A stretch of 64,000 bases of DNA from Raillietiella orientalis (taxonomy: Eukaryota). Where the stretch lies: contig JAYWIR010000067.1 of assembly GCA_036172245.1 (NCBI GenBank), forward strand, positions 1-64,000. The letters run 5' to 3'. Shown here in pieces: positions 10,849-24,462 of this stretch. A model generated the notes under the pieces. That model worked only from the letters and a program-made list of their open reading frames with translations. It had not been told where the DNA came from and did not search any database. The stretch's first letter is position 1; each line of letters opens with the position of its first letter. Both the position numbers and the translations under genes were made by a program.

Positions 10849-13800
10849 CTCCTTCTTGCTTTCCCGGTCCGTCCGTCCCAGCTGTGCAACTGACGTTCGG
10901 CTCTTTCGGTTCTTTCAGGGCTGCCAGAATCTCCTCGAAGGCTCATGGGGGAGGGAGAGGGGATTTCAGCCCCGACGCCCTTCCTTGAGGTCGAAATTTC
11001 TGGAAACCTTGCGGGAGCGTTGGGATGTGCCGAAGTCCCGCGTCAGTCGAAGCCTGGAAGCTCCCTCGTCGTCCGGGGAGGGAGGGGGGATCTGTCGATG
11101 CTTGCGCTGCTCCTCCGAGGACGCGCCGCACCCCGTCACGCTGCTGGGGTGCGCTCAGCGTAGGCTCTGCCCTATCCCGGCCGTCCCGCTGTGAGTTGAG
11201 TGTCGGTTCGGCAACCCATTCCCTCCGTCCTTCTCTATGCCTCTCCCGCTTGCCATCTTTCCTTGAAGTTACTTTTCTGCTCGGCTTCCCGCTGTTCCAT
11301 GCTCTTCTCCTTCCCCGTCTGCGCGCTCTATCGGCAGGCGGATCACCGACTCGACCTCCGCAGTGGTCGCATGGTGGGGGGATCTCCCTTGGAAGCGATT
11401 CCCGGCATGGCGGTTACCCTGGGTTACAGAGGACTGGCAGTCGAGCTTCCGGAATCGGGAGGGGGAGGGCGCCTGGGCCGTGGCTAGGCTCCAGGTTTCC
11501 CGGGTTGCTCCGGTGTCCGCGACAGGAAACGGACGGAACAGGGGCCCGGCGGCAGAATTTCCTGGATCGTGCTTGAGGCGGATGCCGTCCCGTCTCCGCT
11601 TCAGGTTTGTTCAAGGAGACGGTGCGGGAGGCAAGGGGTGAGGGAGGGGGTGGGGGTAGGAACGCCAAGGGAAGTGGAGATCGCCCCCTGCAAAACCTGC
11701 TTCGGCTGAGCTCGGAAAGTCAACAGTGGTGTGGGTTCCGCTTGCGGTCTATTAATAGCCTTGGAGCGACGGCCTCCAAGTGACCTTTTTTTTCGAACGC
11801 GCGCCTGAGCATCACTTGCGCGACTCTTCTGCCGCGGTCATACGGCGTGCGCGCACGAGAGAGAGGCAGAGGGAGGGGCGAAAGGAGGGGGCAGGAGGAA
11901 CGAAACTGCCTTGCCCTCCACGCTCTCTCACGTGACGCAGCTCACTGGCCTGCGCTCCCCCTCCGTGTGACGGTAGACTGGGGAAGGGGGGTCGCCAGGG
12001 TTACCGGAGGGAGTTTGCCGGAGATACTGCGCCTCGACCTTGCGGCGGGCGAACGGTGGCGGACCCTTTAAGGAAGAGCGCAAGGAAGGCTCCTGTGTGA
12101 CTCTGGGACGACCACGGCTGGAACGGGAGCCGGGGAAAGGGGGTGGGAGTGGGAAACCTCCGGGGCGAGCGGAGCGAGGGCAGGCACAAACTTCGAGGGC
12201 ACAGCGCGGGCGACGCAGCAGGTTGGGGAGGCAGGTCGCGAGGGAGGGGAGGCGCGGACGACCGACCCGACCGTTCCTACTCCTCCCTCAGGGCGAAAGC
12301 GTTTCCTGGGAGAGGGAGAAGGGGAAAAAATGGCGGGAAATCAAGGAGAAGGAGCGGTGACGACGCTGAGGAGGAAAGGGAGGTGACCGACAAGAAAAGG
12401 GAACTCCGGAGATGCTTCCAGATAAACGGGGGATGCTGTAGAGGAGTTGCTGGTTTCCCTTCCCATCTACCCCCTCCCCTCTAAAGCCCGCTATCCCACC
12501 CTGCCCGAAGGGAGGCGGAAGGAAGGGATGGCGATCGATCGATCCAAAGATGATGTTTCTCAGGGGAGGAGGGCACTCGATGATCACCGTGCACCGTGAG
12601 GGACAACATTCCCTTCGTCTCTTCCTCTTCAGACCACCCACCCTTCCTCATTCTGTCGCCTCCTTTTTGGGGGAACGTTTCCCTCAGCCCCCCACTCTCG
12701 TGAGCCTACCTACGCGCCGGCATCCAGGCCGCTGTAGCCGCAGCAGCAGGAATTCCTCCCGGAAAGAAAAGGGAAAAGGACGGAAGAGGAGAAGACCTCG
12801 GATTGCCCTTTCCTCTTCCTTTCTCTCCCGCGAAGGGAAGGAGGCGGGACCGGGAAGGCAAGAAGAAGAAAAAAAGAAGAAAAACAGCAAGACTTCCGTC
12901 TTCCCGGCCACCTATCTCTTCTTCCTCCTTCCAGAGAAAGGAGGGAAAGAGAGAGAAGCCAGGACGCTGGCTCCTTCCCCCTGCCCTTTGACTCCCCGAC
13001 AGCGTAGGCGAAACGGGAAACTTACCGCTTTCCCCTTCCCGGGACGGCGGGAGCTCCGTGCTCTTGCGGGGTTGCCGGCACCACGAAGACTGGGGACGAC
13101 TGCAGCAGCCCGCCGGCCGGGAGAGCGCGCTCGGCCCCTGCGCAGGTCCAGAAGTTCCTCTCGCAGCCGCAAGAGGCGCCGCAACCGCGGAGAAGTAAGG
13201 TTGATGGACACATCCTCCCGTCCCACTCCCCCGGCAGGGCAGCGGGCGGGCAATGGCTTATCGCAGGGTTTTCCGGAATAAAAGGGGCGGGGGTGGAAAA
13301 AGGGCGCAAGCGCATTAGAGAAGATCCGCTCCCCAGTTCTCGGTCTCGGAAGCCTCACCCTTCCGTGCATCCTCTTGGCTTCCCTGTCGTCCTTCGGACC
13401 CCAGCCGGAGATGGGCGTTCCCTCCGAGAGAAGTGTCGGAAGCTCCCGGAAAAGGCGTGTTTTTCCGGAGTCCTCGAAGGCAGAGCAACAAAAACAAAAA
13501 AAAGAGAGAAAGAGAGAAGGAGGGGAAGGACGCGCGAGGCTTCACAAGATGCCGGCGATCGATCTTCTGTGAGCCACACTCGTTGGTGGGGATGAAGAAC
13601 CCGGGTTCGCGAGTCCTCCTTCCTCTGGGCTCGTCCCGGAGGGGAAGAGCGGAAAAGGGAGGCGCCTCCTCCGTCGTCCGCTTCGCCCCTGAGGCGCGGT
13701 GGCTGCGACTACGACGACGACGGGAACCGGGTGTCGCCTCCGCATCTTCCGGGACTCACCTCCCGAGTGGGGACATCGCTTTTTCCCCGCCCTCACGGTC

Positions 13801-16800
13801 GAGGCGCAGTGCGCACGCGCGCCTGCCGCCGCACGTTTCGCGACGTCCCGTCTTCCTCTTCTCTCTCCTCCCCCTTTTGTTCCACACATCGGTCTTTCGC
13901 TGGCACGGGAGGCTGTCGCATGCGCGATGCCTACCTCCCGCGGCGCGCCCGCGCAACAGCTCAGAAAACACCAACAACAAAGGCACACTACGGCGAACAC
14001 AAAAGGCACCTCTTCTATTCCTCACTGCACTTCATGCTTGCCGTGATCGCAACAGGGAACAGGGCGGCCTCCCACTCGTCGCTCCACGGTCGCCGTCTCG
14101 CCTCCTTCCGGAGCGCCCGAGGAAGCAAACATGGCGGCCTCCGATCACCGCGCGCCTGGAATCCGCGCTCGGAAGCGACTGCGTCTGGATGCACGCTTCC
14201 CAGAGTATTCTCTGACTGCTTCGGGGAGCCACTCCCGAGGTTTCCCTTCACTTCGCGCGAGCTTCCTCCCCCCTCCTTCCCTTTTGTTCTTCCCGCCCCG
14301 AACTTTTTTCGTTTCCTCCCGGCCGCGTAGGCTACCTATCCAGGCGCCGCGCGGGGACGGCGGACCCGTTCGGCGGCGGCGGCGGCGTGAGGAATGGCGC
14401 CGGAAATGGGCGAACGAACCGGGAGCGCCGGTTTTTCGCTCATTTCCGGCGACAACGCAACCGTGCCAGATGCCGGGAGGTGGTCGTTCCATTCCCATTC
14501 CGGCTGCGTCTCCCGCGTTCTCGTGCACACCCGAAACGCTCCCGATGGCTCCTGCCCGCCGCATCCGGCAGTCCGAACACGTACACGTGTGTGAGTGCCG
14601 CCCTGCCCCGTGCGAATTCAAGTGTTTATATCGGAGCGTGTGGCATTAATATGGAAGCGCGCGTGTGGGGAGGAGCTCTCAGGAACTGCACGGCGAATTC
14701 CACCGTTTCGAAAGCATCCGGGATGCCGTGAATCGACATCATACCTTTGAAAAAGTGGCGCTGTGGCTGGAGGGGGGGGGGGGGGAATCGATGCGATCTC
14801 ATAATCGAATTATAATGGAAATTTCGGTTGTTGGTGCTGAAGTCACATGCAGCAGGAAAGCGTGAGTACGGGAGGGTCCTGGAAAATTCATTGCGATTCT
14901 CCCGGCGAAAAGCGCCAGATCGCTTACCTCCTCCCTGCATTTTTAATACGAGCCTTAATCAAGCGATCAAAAAAAAAAAAAAAAAAAACAGGGGAGGGAA
15001 GGGGTTCGCTCCCGAGCTCCAAATGGGATGGAAGGTAGTCATACCTATTTCCCCTCCCTTCCGTATCTGCACCACCTCAATCAACGTGGGTAATGGAGTG
15101 CAATAATTCCGGGACTCTCCCCCGCGGCAGGGAGGCTGTTCCTGATACCGCCTGCTTATCGGGAGGACGCGTTCCCGAAGATTAACAGCGGCGCCTCCGT
15201 TCTTCTGCGCCTCGAACGTGGTCGCAGAGGTGGTTTTATGCTCCCGTGAACGCTCCCGTAATCCAATCCTGCTGGGAGCTCCGCGACGCGTACGACCCCC
15301 CTGCCTTTTCGCAGGGTAGCGTAGGCGCTCTGCTGCTTTAACACGGTTACCCCCAATTCCTCTGAGCCATTCTGAATTTCGCTCGCAGGCATCCTCGGCT
15401 CGCACTTGCTTGCTTATTGCATTTATGCATGCGGGGAGGGGGGCGCAGAGGGGGCCCAGCGCCGAAGCGGCGCCCACTCTTCCGGGGAAAGAGCACCGCG
15501 TGCCTCCATCGGGCGGGGGACGGAGGCGTTCCCCATCGATGGGGTGGATCACTTCGGGGATGGGACGAAAATCGAATTCCGGAGGAACGGTCTCGCGCTC
15601 TGTTTGTTATGCCTCGTGGGTAAGAAGCACGTGGACATCGGAGTTCCGAGGGCGGATGGAGAGGAGCAACGTATCCCAATTCGATGAGATAAAGCCGCGA
15701 AGAAAAAGGAAAAAAGAAAAAAAGGGAGGGGGGAGGGGTTCGGGTTTCTTGGCCGCAAGCAAATTGCGGTATTGACAATCCGAGTGGTTTCCGCGCCCCG
15801 CAGTAGTTCTCAAGAATTCTCGAAACAGGCGGGAGGTGTAGGAGTGTGGGTTCTGTCCTTCTCAGAATTATTTGCAATGCTGGCGCGACGGGATTGGCGG
15901 ATTTCCACCTCATTTCCAGGGTTGCTAAGGGACGGACTGACTGCCCGAGGACGGTGTCGGTTCTCGTGGGAGACGGCGGTGTAGGCAGGAGTGGTGTCGA
16001 CACGTTTGCAAGGAGTCGGCCGCCGCGAGACCGAAATCTGAAGAGAAAGAGATCTCTGCACTTTTCCTGCTTTTCGGGAACAAAAGCGAAAGGGATTGCT
16101 CCGCAAGAGTGAACACGCGCGGGATTTGTTCGCGCGATCCCGAGGAGTGCGCCACCGAAGACCGGCGGGGACACGGCAGCGTCACTCTCGAGATAATCTG
16201 CCACGCTTTGGCGCGTCTGCTTGCAGCAAAGCAGGGAGGAAGAATCCGTGCCCGGGTTGTCACCCGGGTGCGCCGAAGCGTTTCTTTCGTATAAAAAAAA
16301 TAAATAATCTCAGTCTCCGTGGTTGGACTGCGGGTCTAACCACTTGCAATTTAACGGGGGTCTGCTGTTTTACTGGTGCGCAAACCGGTGAGGTCCGCCA
16401 CGGCGGCAGGACGGGGGAGGGGAGCAAACAAAAAGATCACAAAAAAAAAAAAAAAGAAACAAGAACGAAAATAAATAAACTTTGGGATGCGGGAAGGGGT
16501 CATGCTCTTGGTTCCTTTTCTTGCATAGCTCCCGGCCGCTACAATCCTGCGTAGGCAATAGAGAGCTGGAGAGGTTGCCGGCCGAACAGCGTCTTGTATT
16601 GGGAGGGGGCGTAAAGCGTCCCTGGGGTTGCCGCAGGGGTTTCCCAGGGTCGCGGGAATCTGTGACTGGGGTGTGTGAATACCCGCATGCTGCTGACGCT
16701 TCCTCTCTTCCTGGATTCTTTTTTCCGAGCGTCGAAGTTTCCAGATCGGACGCCAGGTCGCAGGATCTCCTTCTCGCATGGGGGATGTCGCATGAGCCGT

Positions 16801-17023
16801 GGCTCGCGCGTTTTTTTTTTTTTTTTTGCACGAAGGCCATCGGGAGCCGCCCCCGATGCTTTTTCCTTATTTTGCTCTCACTTGGAACAGGCGACTTCGT
16901 TCCGCAGAGCTCTGGAACGGAGCCTTCGCGGCCGCCACGCCCGAAACTTCCACCGTAGGTCTCTCCCCACCCACCCACCCCGGCAAAATGGAGAGGAGGA
17001 ACGTGCTCCGTTTGGCTCTCCTT

Positions 17024-17595
17024 GGCGGCCGCATGGCTGCCGATCTCTCCCGCACGGCAGCATCGGACCTCGCGGGTTCGAATCCCTCCCGATCTACGCC
17101 AAGAAATGGGGGGGAGGGGAGTGGGCCGTGGGGATCCTTCCAGGAACCAAGTAGTCCTTCGGGGATCCTCCATCCTTCACGTCCCCTCCGGTTGTGCAAA
17201 TGTGGCTCCCTCCCTTCAGAAAGGGGAGCCCTCCATCGCGTACCATAGAGCTGGTGGATGGATGGATGCCTCTCCAGAGTGTGTGAAAAAGCGCGCCGCT
17301 CCCTTCGGGGGGCGTCCTTGAGAGAAATCTGGAGGTGTCTCTTCGGGGTTCTCTTCAGGAGAAGAAACCAGGATCGGATCCCTTCCGGAGGGTCCCTCCG
17401 GAGAGAACAGGGAGGGAGATTCCCTTCGGGGTTCTCCTCTCGAGCATAAGAGAGGGACGGACTCCTTCCTCCGGAGCCTTCCCGAATTCACAGGATGGTG
17501 GTTCTCTCCCGCCGTCGGGGTGCCCCCCATCTTGAAGAGGTGGTACGCGCTCCCAGGTGGCGTGGGTCGTGCTAAAGAGCTTCGTGAGCCCCCAG
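17024..17595 (+). mobile_element. tRNA-headed SINE-like element copy
   Basis: B box GGTTCGAATCC at 17075-17085; same internal and 3' blocks. Confidence 0.7.
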
Positions 17596-20500
17596 GCGGA
17601 CGGTTCTTAAAGTACTTAGCGAGTCACTCCCTCCCTCCCCCAAACGAAAAACCCGAAAAAAAAAAAAAAGCCGGAAACAATTCCAAAGGGTTTCCAGCAT
17701 CCTCCTCTTTGGGACTTCCCTTTGCTGCTACTTTCCGAGGTGGTGGGTTTGTGTGGGGCGCTTTCGGGAGATGCTTAGTGTTCTCTCTACGACGTTCCCC
17801 CCCCCCCCCTTTCCTTCCCCCTGCCGGTCCTCCTCCTCCCCCTGCCGTCGTGTCCCCCGGACGGCTCCGAGCAAAGGGGGAGACCGAAAGGTTTCGTTTT
17901 CACGCCCTTCCCGAAGACACCGCTTGCAGCCCTGGGAAGAGGTCCCTGCGGTGGTTCTGTTCTCCGGACTCAGCCGAGCGAGAGGAAGCCGAAAGGGGCC
18001 GCTCCGGCGACATCTCCCGGTCCGCTGGGTAGCGGCGACGTCGACCTGGAGGGCCTCCTGTTAAAGTACAGACCACAGTGCTGGAGGTTCCCCTCGCGGT
18101 TAGCGGAGGTCATCTTCGACTCGCTCCTCGTCCGCAGCAGCTTCGGGAGGCTCCCAGCAGAGCACCTCCCGTTCGACGACGGGGGGCATCTCGTCGGACG
18201 GGATCGCGCTACCGGGAGATGCGACCCTTGGTGGCACAGCAGTTTCCTTGGAGTGGGGCGTGACCGACGGCTGCGACCTGTCGCAGATCTGGCGGCCTCC
18301 GATGCGGACCGCATCCCCCTTCGACTTTGGCGCTGCACGTCTTTGCGGACTAAGCCGGGGGAGAGCAGCTGTCGGCCCTTCCCAGCTTTCCCTTCTAGGG
18401 GCGCAGTGTGCCCACGGAGGGCCCCTCTCCTCGGACCCTTCCTCGACTAACGTCTCACCGTGGGGGACATCGCCTCGGGCAGTCGCAACCACCCCCCGAG
18501 GTTTTCCGAGGCTGTCGTCGTCGCAGGTTTCCCGGAATGGTTGCGGAACTCGAGCCACGAAGGAGGGTTTCCGCGGAAACCTTTTGCGAAAAGGGGGAGG
18601 GAGGTTCCTTGGGGTGATTCGCCAAAGTGCTTCCGGAACTCGTGCCGCGAGCGGGGAGGGGCAGCGCTGCCCCCGAGCAACTTGTTCTCTTCGTCCTGTG
18701 TTTTCGCTTTCCTCCCCCGCCGGAAGCTCCGCGCGAGGAAGGGAACGCGGAAAGGCGGGGTGCTCGGGGGGTCGCGCGATGGACGCCGGAGTTGGATGGG
18801 AGGCACCAGCAAAGTCCACTCCATTTCCGGGGCAACCTCCAGCGTCCTGAAGAATGAGGAACGAGGAGTGGTCAGCACGGTTCCTCCTCATCGTGGAGGT
18901 GCGCGCGCTCTGACCCCCCTCCCCTTCCTCCTCCCCCGTCTCCGAGACCCAGCGCCCTGGGAGGTGACGGGGTCATTCCGCCTCGGGGAGGTTTTCCCGT
19001 GATGGCGTGCCTTCGCTGGACGGCGGCATCGCCAGCGCTCTCCGATTCCGCGGGAGGGAGGCTTCGGGGGGGCGTCCGGGGGACGCCCCTCGACGTTCGA
19101 GCTCGACCTTTGCGCGCCCGGCGTTCGGAGGGGTGCGCCCCCTTCCCCCGAGGGGAAGAGGACGGTGCTGAGGACACCCGAGGAATGGCGGATGCGCGCC
19201 CTTCCCCTGCGACGGAAGCAGCGAGGAGGAGGAGGGACAAGCGAAGAGGGGAAGGCTGGTGGGCTGGCGGCCGACGATCCCGGCTGCGCGCGCGAGGAGC
19301 GGCCCGTCCCGGCCGCCCTAACAAAAGCCGGCCACGCGGTGCCGCCGCGATCGATACCCGGAAAGCACGGAGCGAACGCGTCGTCAGAGGGAGTAGGGGA
19401 ACCGCTGCTGCTTTCCTAGGACGCGGAAGACAGGACCCTCTTCCCGTCGGACGAGTCACCCATACGGAAGGGACGGGCGCCGGGGAGTCTGCGCGAGTTC
19501 CGTGTCGCCCTGCGTAGCGAACGAGGAGCCGCGCTGCGTGCGGTCGCGCGCGCGAACCCTCGCACGCCGCTTCGAACGCCTTCGGTCTTACAGCTGGCTG
19601 TTCCCAGTTGGGACCCGTTTCCCTGGCAACCGAGACCGGAAAGAAGGAGGTTCCTCCTGAAGGTGGCTGCTGGCTGTGCCGGTCAGTGAGATTCCAGGCG
19701 TCTTCAGGATGGTGACGCTTCCTGGTGAGTTCTTTGCGTGCAGCCACTCGACCCCACTACCCGTGGGGCGGGAGCGCTAAACCGTTGAGGGGGCACGCAC
19801 GGGAGGAAGAGGAGGTCGTCTGCACCGCCGCCAGACCAATCGGCCTTCCTCCTTTCGCGATGCGGGCGCGAATGTTAACGAGGATCCAGGCGCGCGCTGC
19901 TATGAGGACGCGGCGCCGACCTCCCTGTACAAGCGGGACGCAAGCCTCCCTCCCTCAAGGGGCAGAAACGGGAACAAAACAAACGAAAGGGCCAGGGACA
20001 CATCGAAGACCTGCAGGGTGTGGGTGGGAGAGACGACCGACCGGAGAACCATCCGCACGGCACGCGTTTCGCGCAGAAGCGTTTGCAAGGCACCCCCTCC
20101 CGAATGGGATGCTGGATGGAGGGGGGATCCCTGCTTCTCCTTTTCTGCCCTGCCAAACTTTTTTCCTCTTCGCGTACCGCGCTTCCCGACCGTTCCCGTG
20201 TCCCTCGCAAGAGAGAACGCAGCCTCCGTTCCCCGGACGAACGTTTGAAAACGAAAGGAGGCATCCCCTCTTCGGTGGGGGGAGCAGCGCCGACTTGTTG
20301 AATTCGCCGTTTTTCCGATCGATACTTGCAGTTTCGCTCCGGTTGCGTATCGGATCTCCCTCCAGCCTCCGCTCTGTTTCGGTTACCTCGTGATGACGGA
20401 ATTGATGAAGTCCTGGAAGAGGGAGAGGAACAAAGAGAGTGGGAGAGAAAGAGATGTAAAAAAGAAGGCCCTGCTTGAATCTTTCCTGCGGAATGAATGC

Positions 20501-20800
20501 TGATGCCTTCCCTGATCATATATGGCCGTCTTGGTTACCCGTGACGCCCGGCCGGCATCTTCTCGGAAAGTGGGATCTCTGAGCTTGGAGTCCTCCGGAT
20601 GCTCTTCTGTGGGAGGGAGACGCGGAGCACTTCTCTTTCCCTGTTCCCGTCGCATCACTGACCGTGGCTTCCCCTCCCCTGAGGGGTGTGGTCTTGTGTT
20701 CAAGAGCTGCACAAAAGTCGAGACTCTGGCAGCACTGCTGTTTTTTTTTTTTTTTTTTGAAAAAAGAAAAAAAAAAGGTTCCTCAGCAGAGGTTTGCGTT

Positions 20801-21490
20801 GGCGGCCCTGTGGCTGCGTCCTCCGCGTTTGGCACCGAGCGTTGCGGGTTCGAATCCCACCTGGGAGGAAGAATCGACTCCGAGAATGGGGGGTGCGTCA
20901 TGGGTTTCGAGTCCCCCTCGCAGAATGACGCTGGTTGGCCCCTCGGTTGGCTTCGGGTGTGGCCACTGGCCGAAAAGTTTTCCGAATCTCCCCGTTGACT
21001 GGCAGGGGTTGGAAGTTGCCCTTCTGGCTACTTTCAGGAACCAAAGAGCGCCGGTTCTCTTCGGGGCGCCCCCTCCGCTGGTGAAAAGGGAGCCGCTCCC
21101 TTCTTCGGGAGGGAGGGACCCTCCATCGCGTACCATGGAGCTGGCGGGGACAGCTTCTCGGGACGTCGCCTCTACAGCTGTCAGAAGCGCGCTGCTCCCT
21201 TCGGGGAGCTCCCTTCACGGAAGTGAACGAGGAGCGGTTCTTTTGCAGGTTCCCTCCGGAGAATAAACGAGAAGAAACCCTCCGCAAATTGGGAGTCCCT
21301 GAGGAGAGAGCAAGAAAGAGGTTGGTTCCCTTTGGAGACAGCCAGGGTGAAAATTCCCCTTCCAAGCGCAAGAGGGGAACGGACTCCTTCCTCCGGAGCC
21401 TTCCTGGGTTCGTAGGGTGGCCCCTCTAACTTGAGGAGTCACGCACACTCTCGATGGTGGCGTGGACAGCGTCAAAGAGTTTCGGGACCC
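20801..21490 (+). mobile_element. tRNA-headed SINE-like element, near full length
   Basis: GGCGGCCCTGTGGCT head and B box GGTTCGAATCC (20847-20857); shares internal blocks (CCTCCATCGCGTACCATGGAGCTGG) and 3' block (GGTGGCGTGGACAGCGTCAAAGAG) with the other copies. Confidence 0.75.
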
Positions 21491-24045
21491 CTCTCCCCCT
21501 GAGGAGGCGAACAGTTCTTCAGCACTTTGCGAACGAAGGAAAGAAAAGTGGAGCCTGGAAGGGAAGCGGCAGAAGCCCTTGGACTAGGGCGCATGCGTCT
21601 CCAGCTCCCCTTCCTTCTGGAGAACAGCGTCCGTGGCAATCATTCGGAAAGCACGATGAGGTCGTATACATGCAGCATCGATGCGAATCAGACGCGCGAG
21701 ATCGGTGCTCCAGCTGCACGCTCCAGAGACAGGTATCTGCACTTGCATCCCAAGTGGGATACAGACATCCGAGTGTGTTATTTCTTCAGGAGTCAGTGAT
21801 TAAAGAACTTGCAGTCGTGCTCAGGAGTTGCCAATCGACGCGTGTCGCACATAGCATGGGAAAGGATATGCAGACTACTTTTTATATTGCCATGGAGACA
21901 ACGCCGCCGGATGCGGCGGGAAAGGCACAGTACCAACTGCCACGCTCAGACTATCCCCGAGGACTGCTCTGGAGCACGGCTCGCTTCACTCGGAGACGCC
22001 AGAAGCCTCCGAACAGCCAGGTTCGCTTAAAGTTTGCTGATTTCTTGAAACGTGGAAGGCGCACATGCCGTGGTCCCAAGATGCGTTTAGGGACACGCGT
22101 TCGAGATTGGGCTATTTCCTGCGCGCTGGTACTGAAACTCTCCTCCTCCCACACACGCAGGCAAACAGGGAGGCACCTTTCTGGCCACGCACGCCGTCAA
22201 GCAGCGCCGTCCCTCGCGCTTTTCTGGCTTTCTCGCTGCTACGAGACAACCCGACTTGCCATCGAGTGAAAGATCTCTCCTCTTCTGACGGAGTGCAGCC
22301 CAGCGCCCGACCGACCGGCCTCCTGGCGACGGAGAGGATTGCTGGCTCGAAGTCCGGGTGCGCCAACCCCCTTCCCCTCCACGTCGTTTTGCCCCGGCCA
22401 GCATGCAGCCCCAGGCGGAGAAGCCGCGCAGGCAAGGAGCGCGCAAGTGCACGTGGTCAAACACGAAACACCCGAGAGCACTTCATGCATGACTGGGGGG
22501 AAAAGGTACGCAGCACCGGGAGGAACATGCAGAACGGATTCCTCTTGAGAGAAAGCACTTGCAAACGGAGGCCGCAAAGACCTTTGGAGAGGCCCTGTGT
22601 CCAGTCTGAAGCTGCCCCCTCAGCAAATCACGGATTGGCTTTTCTTGATCGACTTGCGAGGCACGTTTTTTTCCTCAGCATCGCCGATCCACGGTTCGTC
22701 CATGCATCCCGTACCCTCCCTTCCCCCCTTTCCTCCGAACGATCCGGTAAGTGTTTTGTGCAGTTCCGTTACTCTGCTAATTGATTTACTCCAATCGAGT
22801 CACTGCCGAAAATGAAGTTTTTCCTGCAGGACCCTTCCCTTCTAAAAGCTTTTCCCCAAACTTCACGACGGGATGGGTACCGGAAAGCCAACCTCGACAG
22901 AACAGCAAGAGCCATCCGTCCAGTTTCTTTTGATTTACCCTCGTTACCTTTAATCGCCGGAACGTGGAGGAAATGATCTCCACGGCTTTCCTCCTTTGGA
23001 CAGTTACTTGCGGGCCATTGCCTTCCCGTCGGGGACATTCGCAGAACTGCATTTCATTGCACGAAGCCTTTATGAATTCACTCGCCTGAACCGCATGTGG
23101 ATAAGCGCACCTGTTCGTCCTTGGACCACATCAATGAACCATCACTGGTGGTGGTCCATGGCGTCGTCTGCCAGATACGGAGGAGAGGCGTGAAGGACTT
23201 GCCCGGAAGCTTCTCCTGCCCTCAGATTTGTCCCTTCCGTCCGTTCCTGTTCGCGAGCTAGCAAACTCCCAGCGGGAAAGGGCGCGCGAAGTCCACAGGC
23301 TCGGTCCCGGAAACTCTTCTTCAACTTCTTGCGGTCCGATTTCTGTTGGCGCTGAAATCTGCGGCCCTGCTCTCGGTGCGTGCTTTCCAAGTGGCGCCTT
23401 TCGGAATCGCCGGATAACCTTTCGCGCATCCCACCTGCCGCTTCCTCACAGCGCCACCTTTCGTTTTTTAGCGGGATGGACGATTAATGGCGGCAGCTTT
23501 GGCTGCGTGCCACCAAGAACTTCCCTCCCCGGCTGCTAACTATTCCGAATCGAATCTGCACGGCAGCAAGATGTAAAGTTTGGCACACACTCCGACCCGG
23601 AATCCAAGAGCGACCACAAACAACGCTACACACGTAAAAATCGAACGCACGCGAAAAACCTGGAGGGCACAAGTTGAGGGATAAACCGCGCGGTCCTCGG
23701 GTGGACCGGGGCGGCCGTGTCTTCAGGCCATGCTCCTGACGGACGCTTTCCTCTTTTACACTCCAAGCGTGTGGGCGTGCCACAGCTTCAGGAGAGCTGA
23801 GGCTTTTTGCAATCCGCGGAGGAGGGCGGCGCCTTCACGGTCACGGGAATGTGCGGTCGGTTCCCGGGTCCTGACGAATTCGCCATTCCCCCGGGTCGGA
23901 GGAAAGGGACGTTCGCGCGGAATTCTTTCTGATCCGAACCGCCCACCTATTTCTGCTCAGAAGACGCTGAACGTGGGCGAAGGACGGACGTGCCGCCTTT
24001 GACAAGCAAGTTCATGCACAAGTCCGAGGCTCGGCGCAATTTTCG

Positions 24046-24051
24046 TTTATT
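24046..24051 (-). promoter_or_regulatory. Candidate polyadenylation signal of GCSH
   Basis: AATAAA on the minus strand about 310 nt after the GCSH stop. Confidence 0.5.
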
Positions 24052-24364
24052 GCAAGGCGGAATGACGCCACGCAAACCTTGAAATGGCCTACGGCCCCAT
24101 ACTGTCATTAAGCCAAGCGCCGCACACAACTGCCCTACGCATCTCCACACATTCCCCAGTGAGTTGACTGAAAGAATGTGGTGCATTATTATTAGTATAT
24201 TTGATCCATGGAATGGAACACTGCAAACAGAAACTACTTTGTCCGGATTCCAGGGGAACAGGAATCCAACTTCCAGGTGAAAGTCCATCAAGCCACTGCA
24301 ACATACACTACTCTCCACCTGGAAGCCATTTTTTTTATGGGGTGGGGTGGGGGGATCGAATCAC

Positions 24365-24462
24365 CTAGTTGTCCCCGCACTTGAGAAAGGCATGGTACTG
24401 GTCTTCGGAGAGGAGGGCACTCAGTTCACTGGAGTCTTGCAACTGAAGTTTAAACAGCCATC
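24365..24462 (-). CDS. GCSH: GCSH exon 5 ([32 protein letters not shown])
   Basis: tttcag| acceptor, 98 nt to TAG. Confidence 0.92.

Noticed and set aside
11760..11793. Hairpin CTTGGAG-loop-CTCCAAG followed by a T run
   Set aside because: Terminator-like, but the context is eukaryotic and no Pol III A/B boxes lie upstream
20801..20875. Possible tRNA genes at GGTTCGAATCC motifs (also 17075, 32202)
   Set aside because: No complete cloverleaf, and each continues into the shared SINE body
3900..23900. Many long overlapping R/G/P/S-rich ORFs on both strands
   Set aside because: Expected in GC-rich, stop-poor DNA; no recognisable domains and open in several frames at once
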